DNA of 64,000 nt. Origin: Basidiobolus meristosporus CBS 931.73. Its lineage: Eukaryota > Fungi > Basidiobolomycota. This document shows positions 48,895-62,939 of this stretch, in pieces (within the stretch, counting starts at the first letter, position 1; each line of letters opens with the position of its first letter). Position numbers and translations under genes: made by a program. Location: assembly GCA_002104905.1 (NCBI GenBank), contig MCFE01000473.1:5058-69057 (forward strand). The letters run 5' to 3'. The notes beneath the pieces were generated by a model that was not told where the DNA came from, did no database searches, and was given only the letters and a program-made list of their open reading frames with translations.

Positions 48895-50096
48895 TGTGCT
48901 TAATACTGACATGATTAGTAGGATTCCTGGCTAATGAAATGCAACTTTAAATATTCTTATATATAAAATTTGGCTCAACCCAAGTCTTTGAGTAGTTTTC
49001 ATAGCCATAGAGCCTCCTCAGTTGCATGGCAAACAGCCGTATATTCAGCTTCAGTTCTGAATATGGCTGCAATTGGTTGTTTCTTGCAATTCCAAGTAAA
49101 TGCTGCACCAGCATAAAGGAACACATATCCAGTGGTAGAGCATCAGTTAATCAGATCCCTACCCTAATCAGAATCACCATAGCCATCAAATATTTATCTA
49201 TTTGCTGCTTCAGAGTATTCCAGTGCCGTATTTATTGTATCTTGTAGTTGCTTTTGAAAATGTGCTTAACTGCTATAATTTGATCTGTTCCATAATTTTG
49301 CATGAATTCACTAGCTATTCCCACTGCAACTGCAATATCTGGACATGCAGACACCATCAGGTACATCAGACCACCTACCCTGAATGGTAGCAAAAGTGTT
49401 GATACATATTTGAGCTGTTTTTACCTAAAACTGGCAGAGATCTGCTCAATATCAGGTTATTATCCACTGGAGTAGCTGCAGGCTTGCACTTTTCTATTTT
49501 GACAAGTGTAAAATGTCATTGATTTATCTAGACATATTAAGCACCAAATTCTGTGTAGGTATGTCAAGTATGTCTTCAATTCCAATTAAATAGCTCAATG
49601 GGACAAGATATCTCATCTCAAACTTGCTGAAGAGATCACACATTACACTGTAGTCTGCAGTGTAACAAATCAACAATTCTGCTCTTTATATTTGTTGATC
49701 TTGTAGTACCAAGCTCTAGGTGCCTGCTTAAGCCCATACAATAATTCTCTAAATCTGCACATCCTCTGGGGGCCTTTTAGATTAGTAAAAATTTTTGGTT
49801 GCTGCATATACATAGTTTCTTGCAGATCCCCATTTAGAAGGGCTGTATGGACATCCATTAGGTGTAGGTCTTGACTGGGTACAGCTGCCAGGGCTAGACC
49901 TGTCCCAATGGTGTTACACTTGGTACCCAGAGCAAATGTTTTGCCAAAGTCTAGTCTGCGGATATAGGAATAGCCTTTAGCCACCAGTCAAGCCATTACT
50001 AATCAATGGCTTCATTTGAGGTTATTATGGTCTTGTAGACCCATCTATATCCTATTGGCTTTCTTACATTGGTAAGTCTGCTAGTTCCAATGTTTT

Positions 50097-50435
50097 TGTT
50101 TTAAGTGTCTTGACGTATCAGAGGTGATTTGGAAGGAAAAAGTAGATTAGGTAGTTTTTGCTTGATGATTTATTGAATGTAAAAGTAGTACTTATACTTT
50201 AACACAATCTTAGCTAAACAAATATTAGGAATAGTCTTAGCAAGGTCCAAAGAACATTTATGCAAGGTTTAGGGCTGTTTGTAAAACTTATCAAATTTTC
50301 ATGATTTGGGTACCTGATATTTTGGTGAAAATATTTTGAGTAGATCCCAACAAGGATTTAGGTCATTATTCTATAGGATTCTGATGTAATAATCTAAGTG
50401 ATTAAGATAGGTGAAATTTACAAATTTTTACAACA
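50097..50435 (-). mobile_element. Solo LTR, copia family of 20526-20857
   Basis: TGTTTTAAG...TTTACAACA; 5-bp TSD GTTTT on both sides; reverse complement aligns with 20770-20857. Confidence 0.88.
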
Positions 50436-50462
50436 GTTTTTGCCCTGAGCAATGATCACTAC

Positions 50463-50831
50463 TGTTATGATCTGCTGCTTGAATGCTTAAGTTAGATCAG
50501 TTTTTAGTCAAATCAATTAGCTATATGTTGAGGTTATCAGTATATCAGTATTATCTATCAGATCAGTTGCATTAGTCAGCAAATGAATCAGCAGATCCTT
50601 ATCAGACAGAAGTAGATATATTAGGTAGGATCTTATTGGGTGATGATGATGCAATCAAATGAGTCATCAGCCAGAGCCTACATAAGGAAATACAATCATT
50701 CAGCAATTGATCTGGCAAAATGTATACAAAGAGCTGCTGGAATCTCATTAAAAAACAGTTGTGGTTCTATTGAATACAACACTAGCTGAACTCCCTATTC
50801 CTCTACAACTCTTATACCATGACTTTTGACA
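50463..50831 (+). mobile_element. Solo LTR of gypsy family G1
   Basis: Reverse complement of the G1 LTR; 4-bp TSD CTAC on both sides. Confidence 0.92.
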
Positions 50832-51361
50832 CTACTCCTCCTACATGGCTTTTTGCTGCATAGTAACATCTGAACCTTTTATTGCCTGTTCCAGAGTCTG
50901 TGGCTTGACACTTAAGGTAATATAAGCTTCTTCATGATCATTGGATGTCTGCCACCAGGACCCAAGGGCATTTCTTATTCTGGTAGAACTTCTAGCTGGG
51001 ATCATCTGCTCTGATGTAGAACTGGTAGAATCATCTTTTGTATCTGGCTGAACAAGGTATGCATCTTCTTCATTAGTGTTGATTGCATCATCAAGTAACT
51101 GACCAACAATATCAGCGGCTCCTGGATCTGAACTCTCCTCATATACAACATTGCTGAGGCTGATCAGCTTCTGAATTTTGCCATCATAAACACTATACCC
51201 TTCAGCATCCTCACAGTACCGCAGAATGATCCCTTTGAACTCTTTGGTTCTTACTTTGAGTATTTTTTGTCAGGGATGTGGTAGAAAATATTGCTGTAAG
51301 AGATTCTTAGGTGCTGGAGGTCCAGTTTTTTGCCTGTATATGCTTCAAAATAGGTGGTATC

Positions 51362-51692
51362 TGTTGCAATCTAAGAAGTAATCTGGACATAAGAAACTTA
51401 TCAAGATGTAGTGATGATAGTTGAACTGTTGTTTATTCATAAGGAGGATTAGTATTTATACCTTTGTAGAAGCAATACAGCTGCAACACCAAGTAAGGAG
51501 GGTTAATACATAATATTTGGTAAAAAGTGTTAATTTGTTCTTTGCAACAGATGAACAATCCTAGGATACTAGATGTGAAGAAACTGGCAAAGTAGGTGCT
51601 ACAAATAAGTCCTACAGTGACCCAGACTAGTCTAGAATTTCTAAGTAAACTTTTAGCTGCTGAATGATACCATACTGTCCAATATTTCAACA
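51362..51692 (-). mobile_element. Solo LTR, copia family of 48526-48894
   Basis: TGTTGCAAT...ATTTCAACA, homologous to the copia A 3' LTR; degenerate 5-bp TSD (GTATC/GAATT); interrupts copia B integrase. Confidence 0.8.
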
Positions 51693-52395
51693 GAATTACA
51701 TAGTGCCATTGTTGGGCATCTTTTCTTGATGTATTTCATGGAAGCAAAATATTCAGCTCAAAACGTGTAGTCTATACCCTTGTTATACAGTTTAGATCTT
51801 TCCAATTCTACTAGTACTCTATTTGCATGTTCTGCAAATTTATTTTGCTGTGGAGCATGTGTGACAGAGCTCTGTTGGAGTATACTAGTAGAGGGCAATA
51901 TTTTGCAATTTCATTAGAGCAGTATTCCCCTCCATTGCCATTTCAAATACTTTCAATTTACGCCAAGTTTGTTCTTCTGTCATTTTGTTGAAGTGCCTAA
52001 GCATCCCTAAAGCCTCATCATTTGTCTTGAGGAAGTACACCTATATATATATTTTCTTGTCATCAACAAATGTCATAAAGTATCACATGGCTCCATAGAG
52101 CAGTGCTTTCATTGGCCACATATGTCTGGGTGCACAATAGTCAATATTTTGGTAGTGCTGATGCCTCTTGAGCCCCTGAAATGTTGCCTAGCTTATTTGC
52201 CATATGAACATCCCTTACAGGCACTCCATATGATTGGAATTGAGTAGTTTAGATCCAAAACAAGCTGACTTCTCACCAATTGACATATTGTCTGTTCCCA
52301 AGTGTGTCCTAGCTTCCTTTGCCATGTCTCCCAGTTGGTTTTATCAGTTTCAGCAATGTTGATATACTCAGGTACAATAGTTTGGCATTGTAACT

Positions 52396-54516
52396 TGTTG
52401 GAGCTGAAAATTAGTCCTACAGTGACCAAGACTAGTCTAGAATTGTTAAGTAAATTCTTAGTGGCTGAATGATACAGAATGCTCCTATATTTCAACACTC
52501 CCCCTCGACTAAATAATTTCTTAAGCCTAATTCCTCTCTGAGATTCTCAAATTGTGGTCTAGCTAGTGGTTTGTCAGTATATCTGACACTGTTCTGTCAG
52601 TTGGACAAGAAACTAACTCTACTAAGATATTTTCTATAGCTTTCCTCACAAAGTGGTGTTGTATACCTATGTGCATAGTTCTGGCATGATTATTAGGATT
52701 CCTAGCTAATGAAATTCAACTTCTATTATATTTTGATGACTGTTGGTTTATCTGAATCAAAGCCTAAGTCTTTGAGTAGCTATTGGCGGTCATATAGCCT
52801 CCTTAGTTGCTTGTCAAGCAGCCATTTATTTATCTTCAGTTGTAATTTGTGCCACATTTGATTGTTTCTTTCAATTCAAGTAATAGCTACACCAGCATAA
52901 AGTAATACATCACCAGTGGTAAATCATTTGTCAATCAGATCTCTACCCCAATCTGAATCACTACAACCATCAAATTTTTGCCTTTAAGCTGCTCCAGAGT
53001 ATTCCAATACCATTTTCATGGTACCTTGTAGATATCTGAAAATCCAACATACTGCTGAAATATAATCTGATTTGTAATTATGCATGAATTGAGTGACCAC
53101 TCCAACTGCCACTGCAATATCTGGACATGTTGACATCACCAAGTACATCAGGCTAATCAACACTAATTGATAGGGAAAGTCTTGGTCAATATTTGAGCCA
53201 TTTGCACCTAAAACATGCTGAGATTTGCTCAATTTAAATTATCACAAACTTGCTGAGGAGATCCAATTTTATCTGATATAAGTGCCTTCTGGCCACTTGT
53301 AGCTATTTTTAGGTTGTCCACAAAAACCACTAGGATTATCAAACACTTTTCTAGCTGTTTCACATATATACTGTGTTCTACAGTGCTACATATGAACCCA
53401 ATCTCCTCTAGATATGTGTAAATCTAATTACATCATTGAGTCTGCACATGTTGTGGGGGCCTTTTGGATTGGTAAAACCATCAGGTTACTCCATATATGT
53501 AGTTTCTTGCAAATTCCCATTTAGAAAGGGTGTTTTGACATCCATTTAGTGTAGATCTAGAATGTGTACAGCTGCCAGGGCTAGAACTGCCCTAATGGAG
53601 TTAAACCTGGCAACCGGAGCAAATGTTCTCTAAGTGTCCAGTCCCTGGATCTGATAATAGCCTTTAGCCACCAATCTAGCCTTGTACTTATCAGTGGTAC
53701 CATTTGAGGTTATCTTGATCTGGAAGACCCATATACATCCAATTAGCTTTCTCCCACTTGGTAAATCTACCAGTTCCCATCTTATTGCTTTGATCAGTGA
53801 TTGGTACTCCCCCCTCATGGCTTGTTGCTATATAGTAGCATCTGGCCTTTGCATTGCCTGCTCCAGATACTGCATTTTGGCACATAAGGCAAGATAAGCT
53901 TTTACATGATATTGGATGTCTGCTACCTGGATCCAGGGGTGTTTCTTATTCTGGTAGATCTTCCAGCTGAGATAATAAGTTCTGATTTGGAACTGATAGA
54001 ATTATCATCTGTATCTTGCTGAACTCAGTAGGTATTTTCTTCATTAGTGTTGGTTGCATCATCAGGTTGCTGGCCAATGAATTCTGTGGCTTTCTGATTT
54101 GAATTCTCCTCAAATAAAACGTCCGTGCACTTGTCAAGCTTCTGAATTCTGCCATAATACCCTCTATATGTTCTAGTATCAATACAATCCCCAAGAAAGA
54201 TCCCTTTTTTACTCTTTGGTTCCAGCTTTGAGCATTTTTTGTTAGGGGTGTGATACAAGACACCATTGCCTAAGATACTCAGGTTCCAGAGGTCTGGTTT
54301 TTTGTCAGTATGTAGTTCAAACAGTGTAGTGTCACATAGTGTGGTTGTTGGGCATCTATTCCTGATATACACTGCAGTAGCAACAGATCCAGCCCAAAAC
54401 TTGTAGTCCATTCCCTTATAATGGAGCATGGACCTTCCCATCTCTACTATTGTTCTATTTGCAAATTTTGCTACTCCATTTTGCTGTGGAGTATGAGGAA
54501 CTGTGGTCTGTTGAAG
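52396..54516 (-). mobile_element. Ty1/copia copy C fragment: integrase end, RT, RNase H, PPT, partial 3' LTR (52396-52497)
   Basis: HTPQQNGVA, KLEPKSKKGIFLG, WELVDLPSGRKLIGCIWVF..YKARLVAKGY, PPT GAGGGGGAG then TGTTGAAAT. Confidence 0.88.
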
Positions 54517-57500
54517 TGTTACAAGTCTTGGTATAACAGTTGTAGAGGAATAGGGAGTTTAGCTAGTATTGTATTCACTAAAACTTGAACTGATTTTTAT
54601 TGAGGTTCCAGCAGCTCCTTATATACATTTTGCCAGATCAATTGCTGACTAATTGTATTTCCTAATGTAGGTTGTGGCTGGTGACTCATTTGATTGCATC
54701 ATCATCACCCAGTAAGATCCTACTTAATATATCTATATCTGTCTGATAAGGATGTGCTGATTCATTTGCTGACTAATGCTACTGATCTGATAGATAATAC
54801 TGATATACTGATAATATAAACATATACTAATTGATTTGACTAAAAACTGATCTAACATAAACATTCAAGCGGCAGATCATAACATTCTCCCCTACTAAAG
54901 TTGAGAGGGTCCTCCTGAATCTCTTTTCTTGTGATACCAATATCTTAATGGTTCAGTACTATCAACAAGTCTTGCAAGCTTGAGTCTGTCCCTATGCACT
55001 AAGTCATCCCGGATATTGCCTTGTTTGTCCACTAGTTGGTAAGTTGCAAATGGACATGCTCTGATGATCTTGAATGGTCCCGTCCATTGTGGCTCAAACT
55101 TCTTCCGAGTGTTGTTTCTTAGCAATACAAAGTTCCCAACTGTCAATGCTTCTGGTGCTATAGTCTTATCAAATATCTGCTTCATCTTTTCTGCGCTTTG
55201 AGATACTTTGGTCTGTGCCTCTTGACGTCTTTGTTCCAGTTGCTGGTGTCTACTTGGCTGACTGAGTTCATCTTCTAAGGTGTCTGTTAGTTTTGGTTGT
55301 GTGAGATCTCCTGGAATCCTTGGTCCACATCCATAAACTAAGTAAAATGGTGATTGCTAGGTGGTGTTGTGTACTCTGACTCTGCATGCAAAGAGTGCTT
55401 GGTCTATATACTCATCCCATCTACTGACAACTCCATTTGCATACTTGGTCAGCATTTTTCCAAATAATCCATCAAACCGCTCAGTGACTCCATTAGTTCT
55501 GGGGTGATATGTCGAGGTTTTCAGGTGTCTGATCTGCTGCATTTCCAGGTAAGCCTCTAATGTCTTTGCCATAAAGTTTACACCTCTATCAGATAAGATC
55601 TCCACAGGGCATCCAAACTTCATCCGGATCTCATGGTAAATGGAACTTGCAACTTCTTGTTCACTGGCTATTGGTACAGCTTTAGCAACTGGCCATTTAG
55701 TGGCATGGTCAATTGCTACTAGGATCCAACAGTTGCATTTCCTGGTAGTTGGCAGTCTTCCAATAAAGTCAATTCCCCATCTCTCAAATGATCTTACAGG
55801 CTCCAAAGGGAAGAGTTTGGCAATTCTTTGTGGCTGCCTTGATTGATTTGGCAGTTTGGGCATGTTTTTACTACCTTCTCAATGTCTTGTTTCATTCTGG
55901 GCCACCATGCTCTGGCTTTCACAAGGCTATAGGTTCCTTTAATCCCAAGATGTCCATATCCATTGTGTAGCTTATGTATTGAATCCAGGCGAGCAACATA
56001 AGGACAATAGGCAATAGGGCTTCCATCAACAATTTGGTAGAGTGTTTCATTCTGTACAACAAATTTGCTGGCTTCATCACGGATTATCTTCTTGATATCT
56101 TCATCCACCTCATTAGGAATAGCTTTGTCCTCCAAGTACTTTGGTAATAGGCTAGGCCAATCTGATTCATGCACCAAGTTGAGTTGTGCAACTTGATCTA
56201 ATCTTGATGAGGCATCAGCAACTGTGTTGTTTTTTCCAGGACGGTAGACAATCTCCAGGTCAAATTGCTGAATGTATTCACTCCATCTTGTCATTCTTCT
56301 AGAGAGTACCTTCTGAGTAAATATATACTTGAGGGAGGCATGATCAGTCTTCACAGTGCATTTGACTCCTTCAATAGAGCATCTCCATGTCTTCAAACAG
56401 TGTATTATAGCAAGCATCTCCTTCTCATGGACTGGATAGTTTTGTTCTGCTGAGATCAGTTTCTTGGATTCAAAGGCAACAGGGTAGTCCTTTCCCTCGT
56501 GTTCTTGGCTCAGCACTCCACCAATTGCATAATCTGAAGCATCTGTGCACAGAGTGAACTCTTTTCTGAAGTCTGGTATTCTTAAGCTTGGCAGCTTAGC
56601 AAGTTCATTCTTTAGCGTCTAGAAGGCAGTCTCACAAGCTATGTCCCATTTGTAGGTATTGTCTTTCTTGAGGATATCAGTTAAAGGGGCTGCAATACTT
56701 GCAAATGACTTGACAAATCTCCAATAATAGGAAACCATTCCAAGGAAGGATCTGAGTTCTGATATGCTATGGGGCTGCTTCAGATTCTTGATTACTTCCA
56801 CCTTCTTGGGGTCTAAGGTTACTCCTGTGCTAGTCACTATGTGTCCCAGATATTCTACGTGTTCCTTGAAGAATTCACACTTGGCTAGCTTGCCATATAG
56901 CTTGTTCTCTCTTAGTTTCTTCAAGACCTTGTCAATGTTCACCATGTGATCCTTTTCTGTCTTGCTGTATATCAATATGTCATCCAGGTAGATTATCACA
57001 AACTTGTTTAAGTACTCCTGAAAGACAGTCTGCATCAGCGTCATGAATGTTGCAGGGGCATTAGGGAGGCCAAAACTCATGACTAAGTACTTGTAATGTC
57101 CATATCTGGTCCTGAATGCTGTCTTAGGGATATCTTCTGGTTTCACCCTAATCTGGTTGTATCCTGACATGAGGTCAATCTTGCTGAAAATAGTGGCTCC
57201 ATTAAGTTGGTCCAAAAGCTCATCAATCCAAGGTATGGGGTACTTATTCTTGGCAGTAACTGAGTTCAGGGCTCTGTAGTCAATGCACATCCTAAGTGTT
57301 CCATCCTTCTTTTTCACAAAAAGCACTGGTGCTCCCCAAGGTGACTTGCTGGGCCTGATGTATCCTTGCTCCAATAGCTGATCAATTTGTGTCTTCATTT
57401 CCTCCAATTCCAATGGAATCATTCTGTAAGGTGTCTTGCTCACTGGAGGGCTATCTCCTGTGTCAATGGCATGATCCACATCTCTGACTGGTGGTAGGCT

Positions 57501-59452
57501 TACAAACTCATCTGGAAACACGTCTGAATATTTCTTCAAGAGAGTCTGGACCTGCTGGGGTGCTGGGTAGAGGAATCCTCCTGTAATACCGCCATGAGGA
57601 ATATCTTGGTACCTTTTCTAAGTGCTCTACAGAACTGGGTCTTGCTAAGTTCACTTATCTCACACACACTGGAATTGACCAAGTTGAAATCCAGCATGGC
57701 AGGTAATAGCTCATAGGTCTTGTTGTCTGTTTGGATCTAAGTAGCATGGATTCTCCAGTTGATTGATGGATTACAACAAAATAGCCAGGTTTTTCCAAGT
57801 ACAAGGTCAAACTTGCAGTTCCCAAATATATAAGCCTGTAGGTCTTCTTCATAGTCATTGATCTTCATTCTTACTGGCTGGGTAATACGGTTGATTATGT
57901 GGGAGTTCCCATCAGCTGGGGGAACTGAAGTTGATTTGGTAGGTTCCGAGTTGATTCCAGCTTTCAAAGCAAATTGCTCTGACATGTACTCATGCAATGC
58001 TCCTGAGTCAATCATGATCTTGGCAGGTACTCCATTGACTACTCCATTCAAGTACAATAGCTTCCCTGAGTTTGCAGTCATTTGGGACAAGTACTCTTCT
58101 GTCGTATGGAAGGTGAGTTCCAAGTCTTCTTCAAGCTCATCTTCCACATTACTGTGTGCATGGGACTCAATATGGTTGAAGGTTCTTGTTGGCTGGTGTC
58201 CATTTCTTCTCTGAGGGCAGTACTTTGCAATATGTCCCTGCTGGTGGCAATTGAAGCAAAGTCCTCTCTTCTTGCATTCTTCTGAGGAGGGATTCTTCTG
58301 CATAGCGTCTATTTCCATTGGTACTGCTTCTGATTGTCTTCTTTCATAATGATTATAGCCTTTCTGATTAGTCACTGTAGGCTTCCCAACTCCAAACATA
58401 GCTGAGTCATAGTCAATGGCAATCTTGATGGCTTCTTCAATAGTCTGAGGTCTTTGGTAATTGACTTCCTTGCAAGTTCTTTCTTTCAACCCATCAATAA
58501 GGTATTCAACTTGATCCAAGGGGTCCATTCTTTCAATTTGTCCAAGTAGATATCTGTACTCATAGATGTATTCTTGCACCATTCCTTCCTGTCTGAGTGT
58601 CTTTAACTTCCTTCTTAGTAGTGTCTGCTGGTGTGGAGGTTCAAAAGCATCCTGAATTTCCAACACAAACTCATCCTAGGTAGAGATTGTAGAGCATCCC
58701 ATCATAGTAGCTGACCTGATCTTGTTGTGGTACCACTATAAAGCTGCATCTGCCAGGTAAGAAGCTGCATAATGCAACTTGCTCTCTGGAGCAATTCCTT
58801 TAGCTTTAAAAGCTTCTTCAATCTGAAAGAGCCAAGTTCCCAGGTTTTCATTGACTCTGCCATGGTACTGGTTGACCTTCACACTAAAGTTGCTCTTGAC
58901 AGGGCTTTGCTGGCTCTGAGCCATGGTAGTCATTCCTTGTTGCGGTTGGCTGAGGATCTGGAGTAGCTGTTGCTGTTGGGCCAGGATTTGCTGCATGGCA
59001 TTCTTCCATTCTTGATTGTCCAACATCTTGAGGGTGGTTTCTTCTTTCTTCAGGAGAGAGGTTTCTGGTTATTGCTGCTACCAATGTTACAAGTCTTGGT
59101 ATAAGAGTTGTAGAGGAATAGGGAGGTTAGCTAGTATTGTACTCACTAAAACTTGAACTGATTTTTATTGAGGTTCCAGCAGCTCCTTATATACATTTTG
59201 CCAGATCAATTGCTGACTAATTGTATTTCCTAATGTAGGTTGTGGCTGATGACTCATTTGATTGCATCATCATCACCCAATAAGATCATGCTTAATATAT
59301 CTATTTCTGTCTGATAAGGATCTGCTGATTCATTTGCTGACTAATGCTACTGATTTCATAGATAATACTGATATACTGATAACATAAACATATACTAATT
59401 GATTTGACTAAAAACTGATCTAACTTAAACATCCAAGCGGCAGATCATAACA
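54517..59452 (-). mobile_element. Full-length Ty3/gypsy G1 element 2; LTRs 54517-54884 and 59085-59452
   Basis: Same structure as element 1 with a more intact pol ([38 protein letters not shown]). PBS TGGTAGCAGC and PPT present. Flanks (GAAG vs CATG) do not form a TSD. Confidence 0.95.
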
Positions 59453-61779
59453 CATGTATATGTAACAATATTTCCCCTTAGTTTGACTCACTTCCATATA
59501 TATGCTGCCAACAAATAAAGCATATATATGCTACCAAAAATTAAAGCAAAGTTGTCTGGTTCACAACCAAACCCCACTGCTGATGGCAGCAGAAGTACAG
59601 TTGGACAACAGCTTGCTTGGACATTTAGTGCAACATGCAGGGCTACATCCAAAAAACGCCACTTGACGGTGTGCCCACTCAAGGTAATAATGCAGATTCC
59701 TCAGGCTTACAGTGAAGTAGGCAATTGGGAGCCTCTGTGTAGCTGCAAACTGACTTTTATACTCAGGCAGATGACAATGTAGCAAACATGGTACCTTCAG
59801 TTGGAGACCAGCAAGTGGCCATCATAACATCACCACCACCCATATTAGCATATATGTTGTCAACTCATACCAAAGCATTTATGAGGCATTTAGGTGCAGT
59901 GGCTGATAGGATACATGTAATTGCCCAGAGAAATCAGAAATAGTCCAGAAACTGGATGAGGAGATAATATGTGTAGGGAAATCAATATCCCAGGTAGAGA
60001 AAGCAGTATCTTTGCTGCAAAGAAGGAACTCAAGTGGCTCAATGTTACAGCCCAGAATTGAGCCATTTCCCCATGTAACAGCAGAGGAACACCATACAGT
60101 CTTTGAAGCACAACAGCAGTGCCCAAAGATAAAGCCCACAGAAAAACCTATCATAGCATGGGAGGGATATGATGTGGTGTTTATACCAAAGGCTGAAAAT
60201 CAAAAGACATTGAAGATCTGTGAAGCCATTGAGTGCAATAATGAAGAGTGGGCTAATATATAAGAGGCCATCAGAAGTCTAGCATGCCATCAGCTTAAGG
60301 CTGGCATACTACATGACTATTAGGAACTTAAGGCCAAGCAGAATGCCCTTGATGTGTTCAACAAGCTTTATCCTGGACTCAAACAGGCAAATAGATTTTG
60401 GGCCTGTATTGGTATGCCAAGAAAGTTTCTCAATAATAGCATAAACTATCAAAGGCAGGAGTACAAGGGGTGATGGCAAAAACCAGTGGCTACCTCAAGA
60501 GCCATTGCAAGCAGGACCAAAAGCTCCAGACATGCATCAAAGAGACATCAGGTAGCTGGAAGAGTGCCAATTAAGGACAAGCAGGCAGACATGGATGCAC
60601 AACTATAACAATTATCAAGGAAGAAGCATAATACCACACATGAAGCACTCACTCAAGGTAGCAATGAACAACCTGGCACTGATAAAAACCAGCAGCTTTC
60701 TCAGGAGCCTCTCATAACTATGGCTGAGAGCTTGAAACAAGCAGAAAAGCAACATTTAGTTGCCAGAAGAGAGCCAGCAAGGGACAAGCAGGCCTAAACA
60801 GATGCATTGCAGCAGAATTTATCAAGAAGAAAATGTAGTTCATTACAAGAAGCACCCAAACAATGTAGCATTGAAAGACCTTGCAGTGATACAGCAAAGG
60901 TAAAGGAAAAATGTCTATCCAAGCCTGAGACAGGGAAGCATGCAAAAAGAACTGCAGTTCTAGCCAATTAATGCCACAAACCCAGAACAGATTGAATCCC
61001 ATTGTTGACAGAGTGGAGGCCCCACTGACAGATAAGGCTACAAGGTCAAGAACTCAAAAGACTATCACAAAGCCTTCAGTGGAATTTTTCAGCATCATTA
61101 GTTACACCAAGAGGTTGCAGCACTTCTTCAACAGCTGTGTTCACTAAACACACTTGAATATTGCAAGGATTTATTGCACTGACTGCCAGATGAGGTGCTT
61201 GACCTTGCAGTGCTGGCTGAAGACCAGGACATGTGGGAACCAGTGAATGAACTGTGGCATAAAGCTGCTGGGTTCCTGCCAAAGTCATGGAAACAGAGTG
61301 TTACAGCAGATAAGCTTATTGAGTTGTAGATGGTGATGGAGTTACTTGTGGAGTGTGGGGTTGGACTTAATGTTAGTATAGGGTATAGAGACTTGTATAG
61401 GTCAACATAATACAATTTGCAATTGAGGCACAATTGAAGTTTCAATGCAAATAAATCAATATGTATGCATAAAAGTAAGAGAAACAGTTGAGTCAGGAAG
61501 TAAGGAGTGCAAGAATAATAGCAAAGCAATATACACAAATGTAGGAGGTGCTCAAGTGTCTAGGATTAGAAAGTGAGAAAATTGGCAGGGAACCAATCAA
61601 AAGCCACTTGTATATTGTTGTGACAAAAAATTTTGACTAAGTTTTTTGTGAAATCTGGGGTGCAATTAGTTTTCAGCAGTCTCTGCACAGTGTCCTGGTG
61701 GGGTCAGTACCTCTTTGTCACAGGACTTTAAGTCCGTGATGGCCTTTTGACAGGATCATCACAATAATCCCTCATAGGT
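59453..61779. mobile_element. CACTA copy D, inverted left-end fragment (ORF X on +)
   Basis: Reverse-colinear with 22963-25400; terminus reads ACCTATGAGGGATTATTGTGATGATCC on the minus strand. Confidence 0.85.
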
Positions 61780-61799
61780 TCTTGAATATGATACCATCG

Positions 61800-62860
61800 T
61801 GAACTCACAGTAGTACTGATGAAAAAGTACTACTATAGCATTATGATGTTGAGTATAAAGCTGCTTTCCCCATGCTCAAAACTACTTTGGCTGGATGCTG
61901 TAGAAGAAGAGAAAAAAGAACATGTGGCTATTGTGGCATGCCTCTCAGCCACAATGCATGCAGAAGGCATAGAAAGCATTACAACAGTCATGGCCAATAT
62001 CTTGCCACAAAAGCCATATTTGAGCACTTATCAGTCACTGCTGCATAAAAGATATCTTGCTGGACACCTTACACATCTATGATGGCACCAAGCCACACTT
62101 GTCACCATGTGCAAACTGAGTCAGGTGAGTTTGTGATGCCTTAAGTCTCAACTGAGTCATAGAATGGGACCTGTGGAGTAACAACTCTGAAGAAGAAGGC
62201 CCACTGTTGGATTATTAGCTTTTCTCATCTCACAACTGTACTTAGCATGAGCTGGCAGGATACATATATTTAATGAGACAACACCTGCAGAAGCAAATGC
62301 AAAGGACACTTCACACAGTCAAGTGAGCCTAGTAATCCATTTACTGGCAAATCATACAAGCTTGTGGCTAGGGATATGGCATACTTCCACTAGTTTTAGT
62401 AATAAGGGCTTTGATGATTTACTGCTAATTTTGCAAAAATAATTCTTGGATACAACTTACCATGTACATAGTACAAATGAACAACTAACATGTGGCTAAA
62501 TACATATTACACAGAGACCCTCCTGATACTATTATATGCTAACAGTTGCATGGCATTCACACCAGAAAATATTTCCATTGCAAGGTGTCCAAGTTGATAG
62601 GAATCCCCATCATCAGAGGAAAACATTGTTCAGACTGCAGATGTTTACTAGCAATACTCAATCTAAACAAATATATGCAGTCCAACAAACATTGTGACAC
62701 TCTAAATTATACAATTGGTGCTAATTAAGTACCAACATTACCTACACACTTGATGGCAAAAAGTAAAATCAACAAAGAGGTAAACACCCTCCTAAGGGGA
62801 TATATGACTATACCTTTGTCTTAGTACTTGATGGATTCACATTTAGTAAGCAATATTGAA
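61800..62860 (+). mobile_element. More diverged CACTA transposase 5' fragment (copy E)
   Basis: AAGAACATGTGGCTATTGTGGCATGCCTCTCAGCC, AACAGTTGCATGGCATTCAC and TTTGATGGCAAA-like blocks match 25620-26500. Confidence 0.7.
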
Positions 62861-62939
62861 TCAGAAGCAACCTCCAATACAAATTTGGTACGTCCACAGA
62901 TTTTATGCAAGGAGTTTGAAATGGGATCTCAGTAGCTTT

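Larger units (their letters stand above)
48895..52395 (-). mobile_element. Ty1/copia copy B, heavily decayed, carrying three solo LTRs
   Basis: WQRKLGH, integrase remnants, LYGLKQAPRAWY and RNase H remnants, colinear with copia A in reverse. Confidence 0.85.
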
